DNA of 61,386 bases, filler included, from Rhabdomonas costata (taxonomy: Eukaryota): the NCBI GenBank assembly GCA_019059605.1. It is 21 parts of 21 records of this genome, joined end to end, with 100 filler letters (N's around TTAATTAATTAA, not from the genome) between each part and the next. Parts side by side here need not be neighbours in the genome. Positions count along the whole stretch, not along the records: positions 11,727 to 14,557 come from JAHMHO010001955.1; positions 14,658 to 17,487 come from JAHMHO010001956.1; positions 17,588 to 20,415 come from JAHMHO010001957.1; positions 20,516 to 23,345 come from JAHMHO010001958.1; positions 23,446 to 26,274 come from JAHMHO010001959.1; 16 more parts are not named here. One strand, given 5' to 3'. Below are positions 11,951 through 23,460 of this stretch, one piece after another. The position numbers were made by a program, and so were the translations under genes. Within the stretch, counting starts at the first letter, position 1, and each line of letters starts with the position of its first letter. The notes beneath the pieces were generated by a model. It saw nothing but the letters and a program-made list of their open reading frames with translations. It searched no databases and was not told the origin of the DNA.

Positions 11951-12570
11951 ATCGTTGCTGGCACACCGGCGTAGAGGTGGGCGGACGGTGTGCCAGCCTA
12001 CAGTTCTTTCTCTTATCAGTATACAGGCCTGCAAAGGACCAAAAAGGGCCCTTGCAAGCCTGTATATATGCAAAAAGGGCTCAAAAACAACCCAAAATGG
12101 TCCTTAAATGGCATCATGCGTGGCGCTAAACCGAGCAATCCGGCCCACTCCGGTGCCAGCATGAAGTACTCCTGGGCTCTACCCTTATGTATGGTAAGCA
12201 GGCCCGGCCGAAAGCTTAGGCTCAGTATGCAGGCCTGCAAAGAATTAAAAAGGGCGCTTGCAAGCCCAGGTAAAGGCAGAAAGACCACAGAATAAATCGT
12301 TGCTGGCACACCGGCGTGCAGGTGGGCGGACGGTGCGCCAGCCTACAATTCTTTCTCTTATCAAAACCAAAGCCCGAGCAAAAGCAAGGGTGAAAAGGTC
12401 CTTGCAAGCCTGTGAAAAGGCAAAAAAAAAGGGCTCAGAAATATGGCCCTAAAATGGCCTCTGGTGTGGCCGGAAACACAAGCTTCCGGCCCACTCCGCT
12501 GCCAGCAGGAAGTACTCTTGGGCTTTACACTTATCCTAAGCAAGCCCGACCGAAAGCTTGGCTCAGCATG
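11951..12570. repeat. Two diverged tandem units (period ~346 bp) rich in inverted repeats
   Basis: ATCGTTGCTGGCACACCGGCGT... at 11951 and 12297; TCCGGCCCACTCCG...GCCAGCA at 12139 and 12486. Confidence 0.88.
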
Positions 12571-13004
12571 ACTAAGGTTAGATTACTTGCGCACTTGTGT
12601 CCGAGGAAATTTTATGATGCAGATGCAGGTGCATCTTGACTGTTCATGTTGACTGACCACACTTTGCAACAGCGTCGTTTTCCGCTTCTCCAACTCTGAC
12701 ACCACGTCGCACGCTTGGTTGACACTCACCACTTGCATTAGAGCTGCGCAATAAGGGGTGCTAATAAAACACGTTACTTCGTTAAGCAAAAACTTTTGGT
12801 TTGATGCAAAAAGGACTTCCAGCACCGGGAAAAGCCAGTGGTTGATAGTCGTCGTGAAATGCTTTTCGTTGCACCGACTGTGATCATTTCTTCGGTTTGG
12901 GTGTTCTGGAGTTTTTACCAGGTGGGCCTATCTAGCCTCTTCAGCCGGCCTCGGGGGTAAGGCCACTTATTTCACCCTTTTCGCTGGGTGACATCCGCCA
13001 TGAG

Positions 13005-13058
13005 CACTCCCGGATCGGGCCGGACTGGATCGGAGACCTAACCTTGACCTCAGAACTC
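13005..13058 (+). repeat. Short dispersed repeat; second copy on the minus strand at 24824-24881
   Basis: CACTCCCGGA...CCGGAC...CGGAGA.CTAAC.TTGACCTCA.AACTC shared between two contigs. Confidence 0.7.
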
Positions 13059-13279
13059 CAGTGTCGGGTTGGAGTTCACATTTAGAGGTTTGGCAATGCT
13101 CCTGAGTTGGGTTGGTTGGCCGCTTCCCGGCCGGGCGCCTTACGCCCAGATATGGCCCCCCAAGGTCCCATTCTGGCACTTTTCAGGGCATTTGCGACTT
13201 AGAAGAATTCAAGAGCCTGAGGGGTTCAAAAACAAACGGGGTGCAACAGTCAGCAACGGGAAATGAATGCAGCACCTAC

Positions 13280-14266
13280 CAGGCAGGCCCTTTACAGGCA
13301 TGTGGTAAGACGTGGAGTAGAAGAAGCTCCGGCTCACAGTCTCAGCTGAAGTCAACCCCATGGGGAGAGTGCACCCGGATGTCATCCATAAGCCCATGTT
13401 CCCCGAACCACACAGGTTTCTTTCACAACTGTAAACGGCGGCAGGGGCTAATCTCGGTTGCTCTCCGCGAATGACATCTGCTTCATGGGCGACAGAACGC
13501 CTCTGTTTTCGGCGAAGTAGCCACCGGGCCTGACGGTTTGCCGTGGCGTGGCGTGTGGGATGCTTCTTTTGGGGGCAGGAGATGGCACACTCGAGAACAC
13601 CCCCGTTTTCTGTGCAGGAGAGCTGAAAGAAGGGTGGGCCACATACCTGTACGAAACAGCCGCTGGGTTTGGGTTCACCAAAAGAAGAGTTGTTCGATAC
13701 AAGGTTCGCATTTGACTGAATGTTTCCAAGAACAGTCAGTGGAACAATCACAATACAACGGGTCAGGAGGTGCTCCATGAAATCATGCCCGCAGATGTTC
13801 AGGAGGTGTTGGAATTCGGGCCCCTTGACGATGTTGATAACAGGATTTATCCTCACAAGCACAAGACCTGATGAAAAATGAAAAAGATACCCCCATTTGA
13901 CTTCCCCCAGCCGCCCTGAATGCAAGGACGATACAATTAAGGCATACCTTCCACATGACCAAAATTGACCGACCCTGCTTCTCGAGCAGCAGCATAACCG
14001 CAGCAAAGAATGTTTCGCTGCCCCAACCTGCCACGAACCAGTCCACGAAGAATCCTATCCACTAGCTCATGCTGGGAGAGCACTGGGGGCCCGCGCTGGC
14101 GCTCCAACGGCAAACAAGAGGATGTACGGAAAGGAAGCATCTCGATAACCCGAGAAGAACCAAGAAAACTCAGTACATGCGCGGAAAGAACCCCAAAGTC
14201 GTCGGCGCGAAGAACTCCACACATGCAAGCGAAGTCCAAAATAGAGCAAGTTTTAGGGAAATCCAT
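13280..14266 (-). CDS. TERT: Telomerase reverse transcriptase, N-terminal (TEN) region and linker; exons 14266-13948, 13867-13280
   Basis: SQHELVDRILRGL, RNILCCGY, FQHLLNICGHDFMEHLLTRCIVIVP and CFVQVCGPPFFQL match human TERT motifs KELVARVLQRL, KNVLAFGF, LLRRVGDDVLVHLLARC and CAYQVCGPPLYQL in order; an 80-nt GT-AG intron (13868-13947) restores the frame. Confidence 0.9.
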
Positions 14267-14657
14267 TAAAGACAAAATGGGGATATTCCTACCAGCGGAA
14301 AGGAAACGGAAAGGGAGAAAAGCCGTCCGCAGACGGTCTCTATGTCCTTGTCCAAGCAAACTCAAGCAAAAAGACGACAAGAGGATCCCAAAGCATACTG
14401 GGCATCAAACGTACGTTGTACGTTGTGGGGTGCTGGCCTAAACCCTCACCGCGTCCGCTGCGTGCGGCAAGAAGCGGCGCAAAAGGGATTTGAAAGAGCA
14501 TCACAACCGACAGAGAGTGAAAGCTCGGGAAACCTCTGACTCCGGCTCCCAAAACCCNNNNNNNNNNNNNNNNNNNNNNNNNNNNNNNNNNNNNNNNNNN
14601 NTTAATTAATTAANNNNNNNNNNNNNNNNNNNNNNNNNNNNNNNNNNNNNNNNNNNN

Positions 14658-14769
14658 AAAAAGAGCATAAACTCACCAGGAACAAACTTTGTGTGAAATT
14701 GCGCAGTATGGGTTCGACCAACCTGGTGGAAAAGGCGCAAACCGTGACAGGGAGCCTCACTTGCGTTGC
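14658..14769 (+). repeat. 112-bp exact terminal direct repeat (also 17376-17487); the contig is a 2718-bp cycle
   Basis: Identical sequence at both ends of the contig. Confidence 0.97.
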
Positions 14770-15080
14770 TAGCCTTGTCCTCACCGTTTTAGCCATTTCC
14801 TCCGCCATGAAAACACAAACAGCGTCAAGCATCCACAACAAAAGGAGGACAAAAGGCGAGCACGGCACAAAACCGGTGCGAGTACACCCATAGTACCCAT
14901 ATTTTCTATCACAGCGTAGCGACCATCGGGACAACGGGGGTTACTGTTGACCGATCTTTCGCCATGGCTGGTCTGCCGCGTCGAGAGAAAGATAGAAACT
15001 AAATAGGAAGGAGAACTTTCTTAGTGCAAGCCAAAAAAACGCCGGAACAGGGCAAACATTACCACAGCCAGAAAACACAC

Positions 15081-15942
15081 CTGGAATCGAGTTAGAAGAT
15101 CTACAGCTGTGTATTCATCCATTGACGCAAGCTTGGCGTAACACTGCGCATTCAGAAAGTCCTCCTGGATGGCTCCAGTCTGCGCAAATGAAATATTCCC
15201 CCCTCCTAACCCACATACACCCTTTTGTCTAACACAACTATGCTGGAAAAAAGCAGCACCCAGAATGCAAAAGTAAAGTGCACTGTAGTTCACCCCCTCC
15301 GCAACCCAAAGCAGACGATGGCCACAATGTGAGGGTTTACGTGTTTCTCTGGCGTTCCACCATCCCCCGTTTCGCTATTGCACCTCCACAAGAGCTCGTG
15401 GAGGGGGTGGAAGATGAACGGAGGGAGGACGGACGGACGGACGGATTCTCACCTGCACCAGTGTGTCAATCTTCACCTTCACGGCGAAGGTCAGGCCACC
15501 GTGGGGACCTGCGACGGGCCATGACATGGAAGAGGTCAGGGTGGTTGACGATGACGACGACGGTGCTGTCCGCCCTGGGTTGGCATACCTTTTGCAGATA
15601 CCTGCGAGAAAGTAGAGGCCACTGGAGCGAAAAGTGTGATATTTGGGGATTTATCACAAGTGTTGACCTTGAAGAAGCAAATCTGACCGATGGAGTGTGG
15701 CCAGGAAAGCAGAAGGGCATCCCAGTGCGGCATTAGGAACCACGACCTTGAACTTTCATGAAAAGGATGGGGGTACGCCCTTAGAGCGACAGAGGTGTGG
15801 AAGCACGGGCGCATTGTGCATATGGTACAGCCTGGTGTACCATACCGATCAGGAACCCCCTCCTGTTGCGAATGGTGGAGAGGTCTGCCTCCTCGTATTT
15901 GCCCAAGATCTCGCAAGCCACTGCCTCCCCGAACTCAGCCAG
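15081..15942 (-). CDS. Protein with tandem hnRNP-Q acidic-like domains; exons 15942-15846, 15601-15453, 15179-15081
   Basis: LAEFGEAVACEILGKYEEADLSTIRNRRGFLIG-ICKRY...GLTFAVKVKIDTLVQ-TGAIQEDFLNAQCYAKLASMDEYTAVDLLTRFQ; phase-consistent GT-AG introns; resembles the hnRNP Q/R N-terminal acidic domain. Confidence 0.75.
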
Positions 15943-17122
15943 CTATGCGTTCGGGAAAAATGTAATCAACAAATTCCTGCACACACCAGCACAGATGGAC
16001 GAGGCGCGTAGCACATGGCCGCTTGCTTCGGGGTTTCGGCCCCACTCCTCTCTCAGCATCCCTTCCAATCAGTCCCTCCCCTCCCCTCGTCTTGTCCCCT
16101 GTTCCTGCTGCTGGTTTATATTGACTAATTTTGCGAATTGGAAAATCATTACATATCACGCACACTGAATGAGAAAGGGTGCCAGGCTCCTCTAATGAAA
16201 AACAAACACGGGATATTCCAATGGAGTGGCAGTGACATTGACGTACAGACAATTTTCGGTAAAATGTCGTGCTTTGACCATGCGTTGAGCGAAAGAAAGG
16301 TTGAGGCAGGGTTGAAAAAGCGAGATCCCAAGCGAGAACATTTGCATCTGATGAATTTTAGGTTGGAGGCAACGATAATTTCTCGGCCAAATCGCCGAAG
16401 GAGAAGCATGATACCAACGGCGGAAGCAATTAGTAACGCAAAAAAGGCCGCGGTATACGTGAAAACCAAAAATGGAATGGAGACAAAAGACCACAAGTCA
16501 AACAAAACATGAGGCTACCAGAAAGTTGGCCCAAGATATTGCCATTGTTTCTTTGCAAAAATTTCCCGCGTTGTACTCTTTCCAAAACCATCCAAAATCA
16601 AGAATCCAGAGCACCCACATGAATCCCAAATGATTTTTATTTAGCCGCGGCCCCAGTGAACGGGCCAATATTTCAGGAAACAATCTCTGTTTTTTGAGAC
16701 GTCCGTTCGGGTTTGCCTATCATTATTTTCAGGACGAATGACAAGGGCCCCAACAAGAACCAGGGGCAGCACGCAAACAACACAATCCCTTCCTCCTACG
16801 CGTTTTTCCTTCCTTTGCCTCCAACCTGTTGCTTTTTTGGGGGCCCTCCGTTCCCTTATTGCTTTCGTTCCCCGGGCCCCGATTTTCTGCGCCATTTGTT
16901 CGCTTTGCTCTTTGGGGTCCATTGCGTGTGCGTTGCGGCCTTGCCCAAAGTGTTTAGCGTTTCGTAGGGCGTGTTTCTCTTATGGAACGCGCTTGGTGAA
17001 ATCCATTCGGCTCGAAACGCGGCAACCCATAAAGCCAGATTTGTTCCATGGCTGGTGGCTTTGTTCCGGCGTTCTCGTTTTTGACGTTTCGCTTCATGAA
17101 AACGGGCGGGAACTGGCCATTA

Positions 17123-17311
17123 TCAACGGCACAAGATTTCGCGCTGGAAAAATACCGCAATCCCCCCACCTCCAAAAAAAGCAGCCATCTCTCTATGCCC
17201 TAGAAGACCTGGGGCTGAAGCTTGAAAATAATGAGCAGGATGAGGGGAAAGAGTGGTAGCCATGCCCAAGAAGAAGGCAGGCTTGTCTTGCACTTGGGAG
17301 AGATCCGCCGC
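17123..17311 (-). CDS. Next (possibly last) exon of the acidic-domain gene, reached by wrapping across the contig ends
   Basis: TAG acceptor then AADLSQVQDKPAFFLGM, which completes the domain begun in exon 15179-15081 in phase 0; open to TGA at 17123. Confidence 0.68.
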   Translation of the reverse strand, partial: AADLSQVQDKPAFFLGMATTLSPHPAHYFQASAPGLLGHREMAAFFGGGGIAVFFQREILCR

Positions 17312-17588
17312 CTATGAGATCCACCACAATCCATTAAGCGCGCTCCTCCAAACCGGCAACTGAGTACTGGCCATCAAAAAGAGCATAAACTCACCAGGAA
17401 CAAACTTTGTGTGAAATTGCGCAGTATGGGTTCGACCAACCTGGTGGAAAAGGCGCAAACCGTGACAGGGAGCCTCACTTGCGTTGCNNNNNNNNNNNNN
17501 NNNNNNNNNNNNNNNNNNNNNNNNNNNNNNNTTAATTAATTAANNNNNNNNNNNNNNNNNNNNNNNNNNNNNNNNNNNNNNNNNNNNG

Positions 17589-19825
17589 GTGTGGGTGTAT
17601 TGCAGCGCCTGGACGAGGGCTTACGACCTCACCAACGCCAGCAACACGTCCACTGTGGTGTACATGATGCGGGTCACCTTCAACCAGTCCTCCGGGGTGG
17701 TGGTGCAGAGCTTCTCCTTCCGCGCCCCCGGGCGTAACGCCACCACGCCGTGGGTGCAGGGCAACCTCACCTTCCAGCCCTCCTCTGTGCTGTACACTGT
17801 GAAGGTGGAGCTGATTGTCAGTGGCTTCAACCTGTCCGCCAACGGCTCCGTAGGCATGTTTGTGGTGGCGGAAAAGAATTGCTTGCAGTGCTGGTTTTTT
17901 CTCTGCACTGTTCAATGCGGATCATTGCATTGTATGTACCGAGGGGTATCGCTTTTCGAACGACCTGGAGTTGGTATGGAGTTGTACTTCATTTCAACAA
18001 GTCCGGTGATAGGTGGGTAAATGGACATCCGTTTTGTTAGAAGCGTGGCTTTGCAGTAGAGTATTTCTGAGCATCTTTTCCGCCGGATGTTGGATATGTT
18101 TTCGGTCTGGCTCTCATCCAGATTGGGATGACATCTCGGTGGTTCCCGATACGACCGACGTCTGCACCTGTGTCAATAGTCCTGGCACTTACTTCGACCG
18201 CAACACCACGGATGCGGTGACCAAGCAGCACTGCATCTGGTGTAACCCTTCCCCCAACACCCCACATACAGCATCGAACCTTTCTTTTTTTGCGTACTCG
18301 TGCCCACCTTTGGGAAGGGTTGGCGAGATTCATCCGTCTTCAAGCTCGCTCTCAACTTTTGGATTGTTCACACCAACCGAAAGGCAGCCGCGTGGGTGAG
18401 AATGGAAGTTGTTCTGAGTTGGACCTGAATGCACATTTGAATTAGCAGTAATAGCCCGCGTCACCCACATGAATACGAGCAACTATAATGACATTCAGGG
18501 TTAGGTAACGTTTTTCCCGTTTTCCCGATGTATTAATTGGTTTGGAGAGGTGGGGGTTCTGGCACAGGTGCCTCCCGAGCTACGCCTGCGTCGCGGGGCT
18601 CAAGCTGAAGTGCTCTGCAACAGAGATGTCGTTCGGGCAGTCCTCAAGCTGCATGGCCTGCCTTCCTGGGTGGCGGTGCACCTACACCGGGGTGCGTGCC
18701 TTATATCGCTTTCCATCATCCTCAACGTGTGAGGGGTAGAGAGAAGGGTGAAACAGAATTTGCATCTGAGGGTATAAGTATGTGGGCAATTTCAACCCAA
18801 AACATGGTTACCTCGGCCTGTTACGCCTGTATTGAAGATTTCCAATTATGACGATCTTTCGGCACGGTTGGGTCATGACCGCCTGGATCGGATGCGGCCT
18901 TAAGGTGCAGGACCGGCTCCTTTTCCAGCGCGCAATGAGGTAGATGTGAATCTGTTCGGGTAAGGGATGGGGGGGCATCCACTCTCGTTTATACACCTTT
19001 TAGGCTCTGCCTTGCCCCGCGCACAACTACCTGAATGCCACGGATAACCAATGCTACCCCTGCCCTCCGGGATTCAAATGCTCCGCGCTGCAGCTCCAGC
19101 CGTGGTTATTACATTGGGCAAGAGAAAGCAGGGGTTTGGGCGTTGCTCGTGGTACAGCTGTTGGGTTGACAAGATGTTGGAGGAATTGTTCAATTAGATG
19201 AGACACTGATCGTAGCCGTGTTTGTTGTATACGGTATGTTTTTGGCCGTAGTAATCTCGGTCTTCGAGTTAGTTTCACCGAAGGGCAGATGGCAAAGGCT
19301 GGAATTCATCCGCTCTTGCAGGTCTTAGCACAATGTAAGCTAATGTAAGCTGCTTGGTCACCACGCAATCGCTGCGCTGCATGTGCACGTGCTCTCTGTA
19401 TGATAGCTGGCCCGGGAGCTACGGCTATGGCGGGGAGGACTGTGTGTTGTGCCTGCCGGGCAGCTACAGCAACATCTATGGGGCGATGTTCTGCAGCCGC
19501 TGCCCTCCTGGGCAGACTTCCAATTACATGCGGACAGGTTCACTCCATGCAGGGATAGGTGAATTTCGGGCTGGGGATAAGGTTAATTTATTGGCCTGCC
19601 TGTCTGTTTATCTGTCTGTGTGTTCGCCTTGAATGCTTGAATGCGGCTGTGGTCTATCCGATGTACCGCGCGCCTCGTTGCCCGCTTCAGACTATTCCGT
19701 GAGAGTGTTTCTGCTCAATTGGTGAGCCGCCCTTTTTGAGATCTTTTGTGGTGCTGTGTGCGGCAGGATGTGAGGACTGCCCCGTCAATTACTATTCTCC
19801 GATCGGCGAGGAGTGCCTGCTGTGG
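17589..19825 (+). CDS. Cys-rich extracellular protein with GCC2/GCC3 (ephrin-receptor-like) repeats, multi-exon, partial
   Basis: Exons ~17589-17853, 18122-18239, 18568-18692, 19004-19104, 19408-19537, 19768-19823 encode repeated C.PG.Y / C..CPPG motifs and many NxS/T sites. Confidence 0.8.
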
Positions 19826-20544
19826 TATTTGCCACCTTAAACGTGCCCTGTTGACTTTTTGAGATGTAGTGGAGGCGTTATTTTCCTTGCAAGCGATACT
19901 TTCTAGAAAAATAGTAAAAAGGGCTTCAATGGAATTTTTGTTGAAATGATTCATTTGAGCAGCGTGGTTGTTGGGAACAGGAAACTTCGCTACGGCGCAC
20001 TGAAAAGGTTAGTTAATGGTTTTCTCAGATGGCACACTACTTTTTGGGGTATGGCCCTTTATTCGGTTTCCAATCGCCCGGGGTTATGAGTAACCTGACA
20101 GCTGATCCTGATCCTTCTTTTTTCCTGGGTCATTGGTTCCCGGTCATTTCTCATTCACATTGTCTGAACAGCAAGGCGAAGCTCCATAAATAATTGCATC
20201 GCCATTGTTCCCAAACTGAACATGACATTCGGATCCCATATCAGGCCACTTTTTCAGTTCTCCTCTTTGGCAGGCAAGTGACCATGTCCAGCCCTGACGG
20301 GCGTGGGGTAACCTACTTCTCCCCCGCCACTGCCGTGGGGACGGATATCTTCCTTGTCACCGTCACTGGGGTGGCTTCAAAAGTGAACTCCACCGTGCTC
20401 GTCGACCAACCCAACNNNNNNNNNNNNNNNNNNNNNNNNNNNNNNNNNNNNNNNNNNNNTTAATTAATTAANNNNNNNNNNNNNNNNNNNNNNNNNNNNN
20501 NNNNNNNNNNNNNNNGTGGTGGGTGTGGTTGGTGTGGTGGGGCA

Positions 20545-21018
20545 AAGTGAGTATGGGACAATTTCACGAGCGCATACAAGCGTACGAGGGCTGTTGAAGA
20601 GATGCAGCCAGTTAATGTACCCAGAAATAAAGTTCGCATCCGGAGAGATGGAATAAGGTATGGAACGTCACACTTCCTGAAAGGTGTTTTTGGAGTGGAA
20701 AATGCGGATGTGTGGTGATAAGAAATCAGAATTGCTGAGGCGACGCACTTCTGAGACCCAAAGAAAGATTACCAAGAAGACTAAGACGGCAAAGTAGTCA
20801 AGAGCTGTCGCTGGTGTTGGTGACACGGCATGATCAAGAAAGCTAGGATCAAACCAGATGCGCGTGCTAATGGAACTGGAACTGGGGGCTGGAATAGAAG
20901 ACATGGCCTTTACTGCATACCAATGCAAGTGGAAGGGTCCGATGGGAGGGCTGAGAGCACCTGCATGTGCGCCCACGCCAAAGCACAAATGCGCGCGGTG
21001 CTGAGACGTGGGGGACAA
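20545..21018 (-). pseudogene. Degenerate tyrosine recombinase of a YR (DIRS-order) retroelement
   Basis: FLWVSEVRRL..SD...IRIFHSKN...V-stop-RSIP resembles integrase box I (LRxSE) plus the catalytic-Lys strand; Arg mutated to Trp, internal stop. Confidence 0.6.
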
Positions 21019-22063
21019 GAAAAGGTGATAAGATAGGACTCAAAAGCAGAGAGAGCGGAGGCCGCTGTAAAAGCGATACAGAACAGGGTTGCGTGCTCCC
21101 GAGGTCAATTAATGAATGTAGACTTGTAGAGATGATGGTGCAAGGGAGAAGTGCGCAATTTTAGCGAAGGAAGTTGGCGTGGAGAGAATGGAACACAAGG
21201 TACCACACAAAGATGGATAAAAGGGTCAATAAACGTAAGGAGTGTGAAGGAAGTATGAGATACAAAAGTGATGGCGTCGGTGGGTTGTTTTGATGGCGGT
21301 GGAGTGGTGGTTATGGACGGGAGAAAGTGGAAAACTAGAGGGGAATTGATGGAGAAAGCATCCACTGTGAGTATGCAGCGGTTGAGGACAGATGTGGTAG
21401 ATGGAAAGACGTCCGGAGGGCTCGTGGAAGCCTACGACTTACCGATGGGCCGTGCAAAGACCTAACACTAGGCTAAATCAGCGTGCATTGCAACGCCAAT
21501 TTTAAGATCCGGCACATCTTGCACGTGATACGAGGCTGAAGCCTGACATCACGCATGTAGACCGGTCACGCCTAATAAAAAATACGCCCCAGATATTCAA
21601 CGAGGGCACATTACCGCAAAGGTGCAAGAGGTCAACATGATGCATTGGTGATCCCGGAGGCAGGGGAAAAAGCGGTACGGCGTGGTGCGGTGGGATAGAT
21701 GCTTGAATGAGGTAGAGATATATTTATATGGAGTCAGCTGCGGGGCGTGAACAGCCTCCTGTGCAGAGCGTGCTTGCAGCTTTGCTGGATGATGGCAATG
21801 TGGTGCTCTTCGACGATTGGAGAAGAGCAGCGATGGTGGTGAAAAATGGTGTGATGATTGGAGAAGGATTCAGTGGTCAGCTGTGAGATGCGTCAAAGAG
21901 TCCGGAGTGACGGATGAATGGTAATGAGTAGGTTGCGATGGACCAGGCCCACTAGAGGCAGCGCTACTCTCCAACGTCTCCACTTTAACGTAAAGGTTGG
22001 AGAGTTGGGCATCCAGAGTTTGAATGGAGGCTAAGATATCCTCGAAGTGGTTCCCGTCGTCTC

Positions 22064-22456
22064 GTGCAGCTTTCAGTGGAGGTCCAGCGTCCCGAAAAGA
22101 TGGATCTCATTGGTTCAAATACGATAATGGAGGAACAAAAACCCTGCATCATTACGGATAATTCATCTGCTTACTTTACGATGGTGCATGGCCATATCAG
22201 TGCTCACCCACCCGACCGCCTGCGCATCTTCCGCCGCATTGCACGTATGTGTGTCCACTTCCACTTCCAGCTACAAATGGCCCTGGTTCCTTCTGAAGAA
22301 AACATCGCTGACCCTTTCACCCGACCCGGGTCCCACACGTCCCTCCTTCAGCCCACCATCTTCTACCACTTCCGAGAAGCCTCTACCGTTATTACCCGTC
22401 TTTGGTGGACCGCGTTTCCCTGCCCTCTTTCCCCTCCATGTGGACAACAGTTATGA
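22064..22456 (+). mobile_element. RNase H C-terminal half of a YR (DIRS-order) retrotransposon
   Basis: IITDNSSAY...G...LVPSEENIADPFTR, typical DIRS-type RNase H motifs. Confidence 0.8.
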
Positions 22457-22736
22457 GTGATGTCTGGCACACCACCTTTTGTGATGGGAAGGAAACGGAC
22501 GTTTCCGGAGGAAACGGCTGTTTCCGACCCCAACTGCACAACCCCAGTCAACACACAAACCCATTTCACACTATCTCACTCCACACAAATTCCAGCAATC
22601 ATCTATATTTTTGTGGCCACCATCCCTCCATCCCCACGATTGCGAACCGGAAATGAGGTCACGAACAACAGTGATGAGTGATGTTTTGCACACCACCTTT
22701 TGTGATGTGAAGGAAACGGACATTTCCGGAGGAAAC
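22444..22736 (+). repeat. 72-bp direct repeats (22444-22515, 22665-22736) at the end of the RNase H ORF
   Basis: ACAACAGT.ATGAGTGATGT...GCACACCACCTTTTGTGATG.GAAGGAAACGGAC.TTTCCGGAGGAAAC occurs twice. Confidence 0.92.
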
Positions 22737-23460
22737 ACTTGGTTTTGCTTTTGAACAGCAGCGTCATCTCCCATGGTCTCGGTTCCTGAGACACCCCAAA
22801 AACATCACTAATAGAACGACGTGACAACAACTCCACGCCAAAAGCAAGTGATACTACGAAAATTGCTCAGTTATTCTTCCCTGCACTGTTGACTGAAAAA
22901 ACTACGGGCAGTGGTTCCAGGATTTTATTCTGACAAACCCTGCCCCCCGTTCTATGACTTTGCCATTGACGCCATTATGAACAGTTTTCAGTCGTGCGTT
23001 TTTTGCTGATTAAAACTGTTTTTTTCTGATTCGCGGCTTGACAAAAGTCTTTTCATCACAATGGGACCACGACAGTGCACCGGAAAAACTGGAACGATGT
23101 CTGTTTAAACCATTTTTATCTTACAAATGTCAATGGTGTTAAACTCGTCTGGTAAATTCCGTCATGCTTTGCCTTGCACAAACCACTCCACAGGATAAAC
23201 GCCGTTTTATCTGCTTGCAAACAAAGCTGCCGCTCAACGCGGCCTTATTTTTGTATTAATTTCTCTGGTCACAAGTGCGAGAAAAAGAGAAAACGTTCAG
23301 CGGCATAAAATGGCCTAAGCCTCTTGGAATACACCCAACACCAAANNNNNNNNNNNNNNNNNNNNNNNNNNNNNNNNNNNNNNNNNNNNTTAATTAATTA
23401 ANNNNNNNNNNNNNNNNNNNNNNNNNNNNNNNNNNNNNNNNNNNNGGGTGTGTGGTGTAC

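Noticed and set aside
14437..14446. CCTAAACCCT upstream of and opposite to TERT as a telomerase RNA template
   Set aside because: A single 10-mer; the host telomere motif is unknown; no supporting structure or promoter is visible; the contig ends 110 nt later.
15589..15601. 13-nt micro-exon
   Set aside because: The phase conflicts with the next exon; reading through as one exon 15601-15453 keeps the frame.
22665..22790. Box C/D snoRNA (GTGATGA...CTGA)
   Set aside because: The twin repeat lacks an intact C box, and the retroelement-terminus explanation is simpler.
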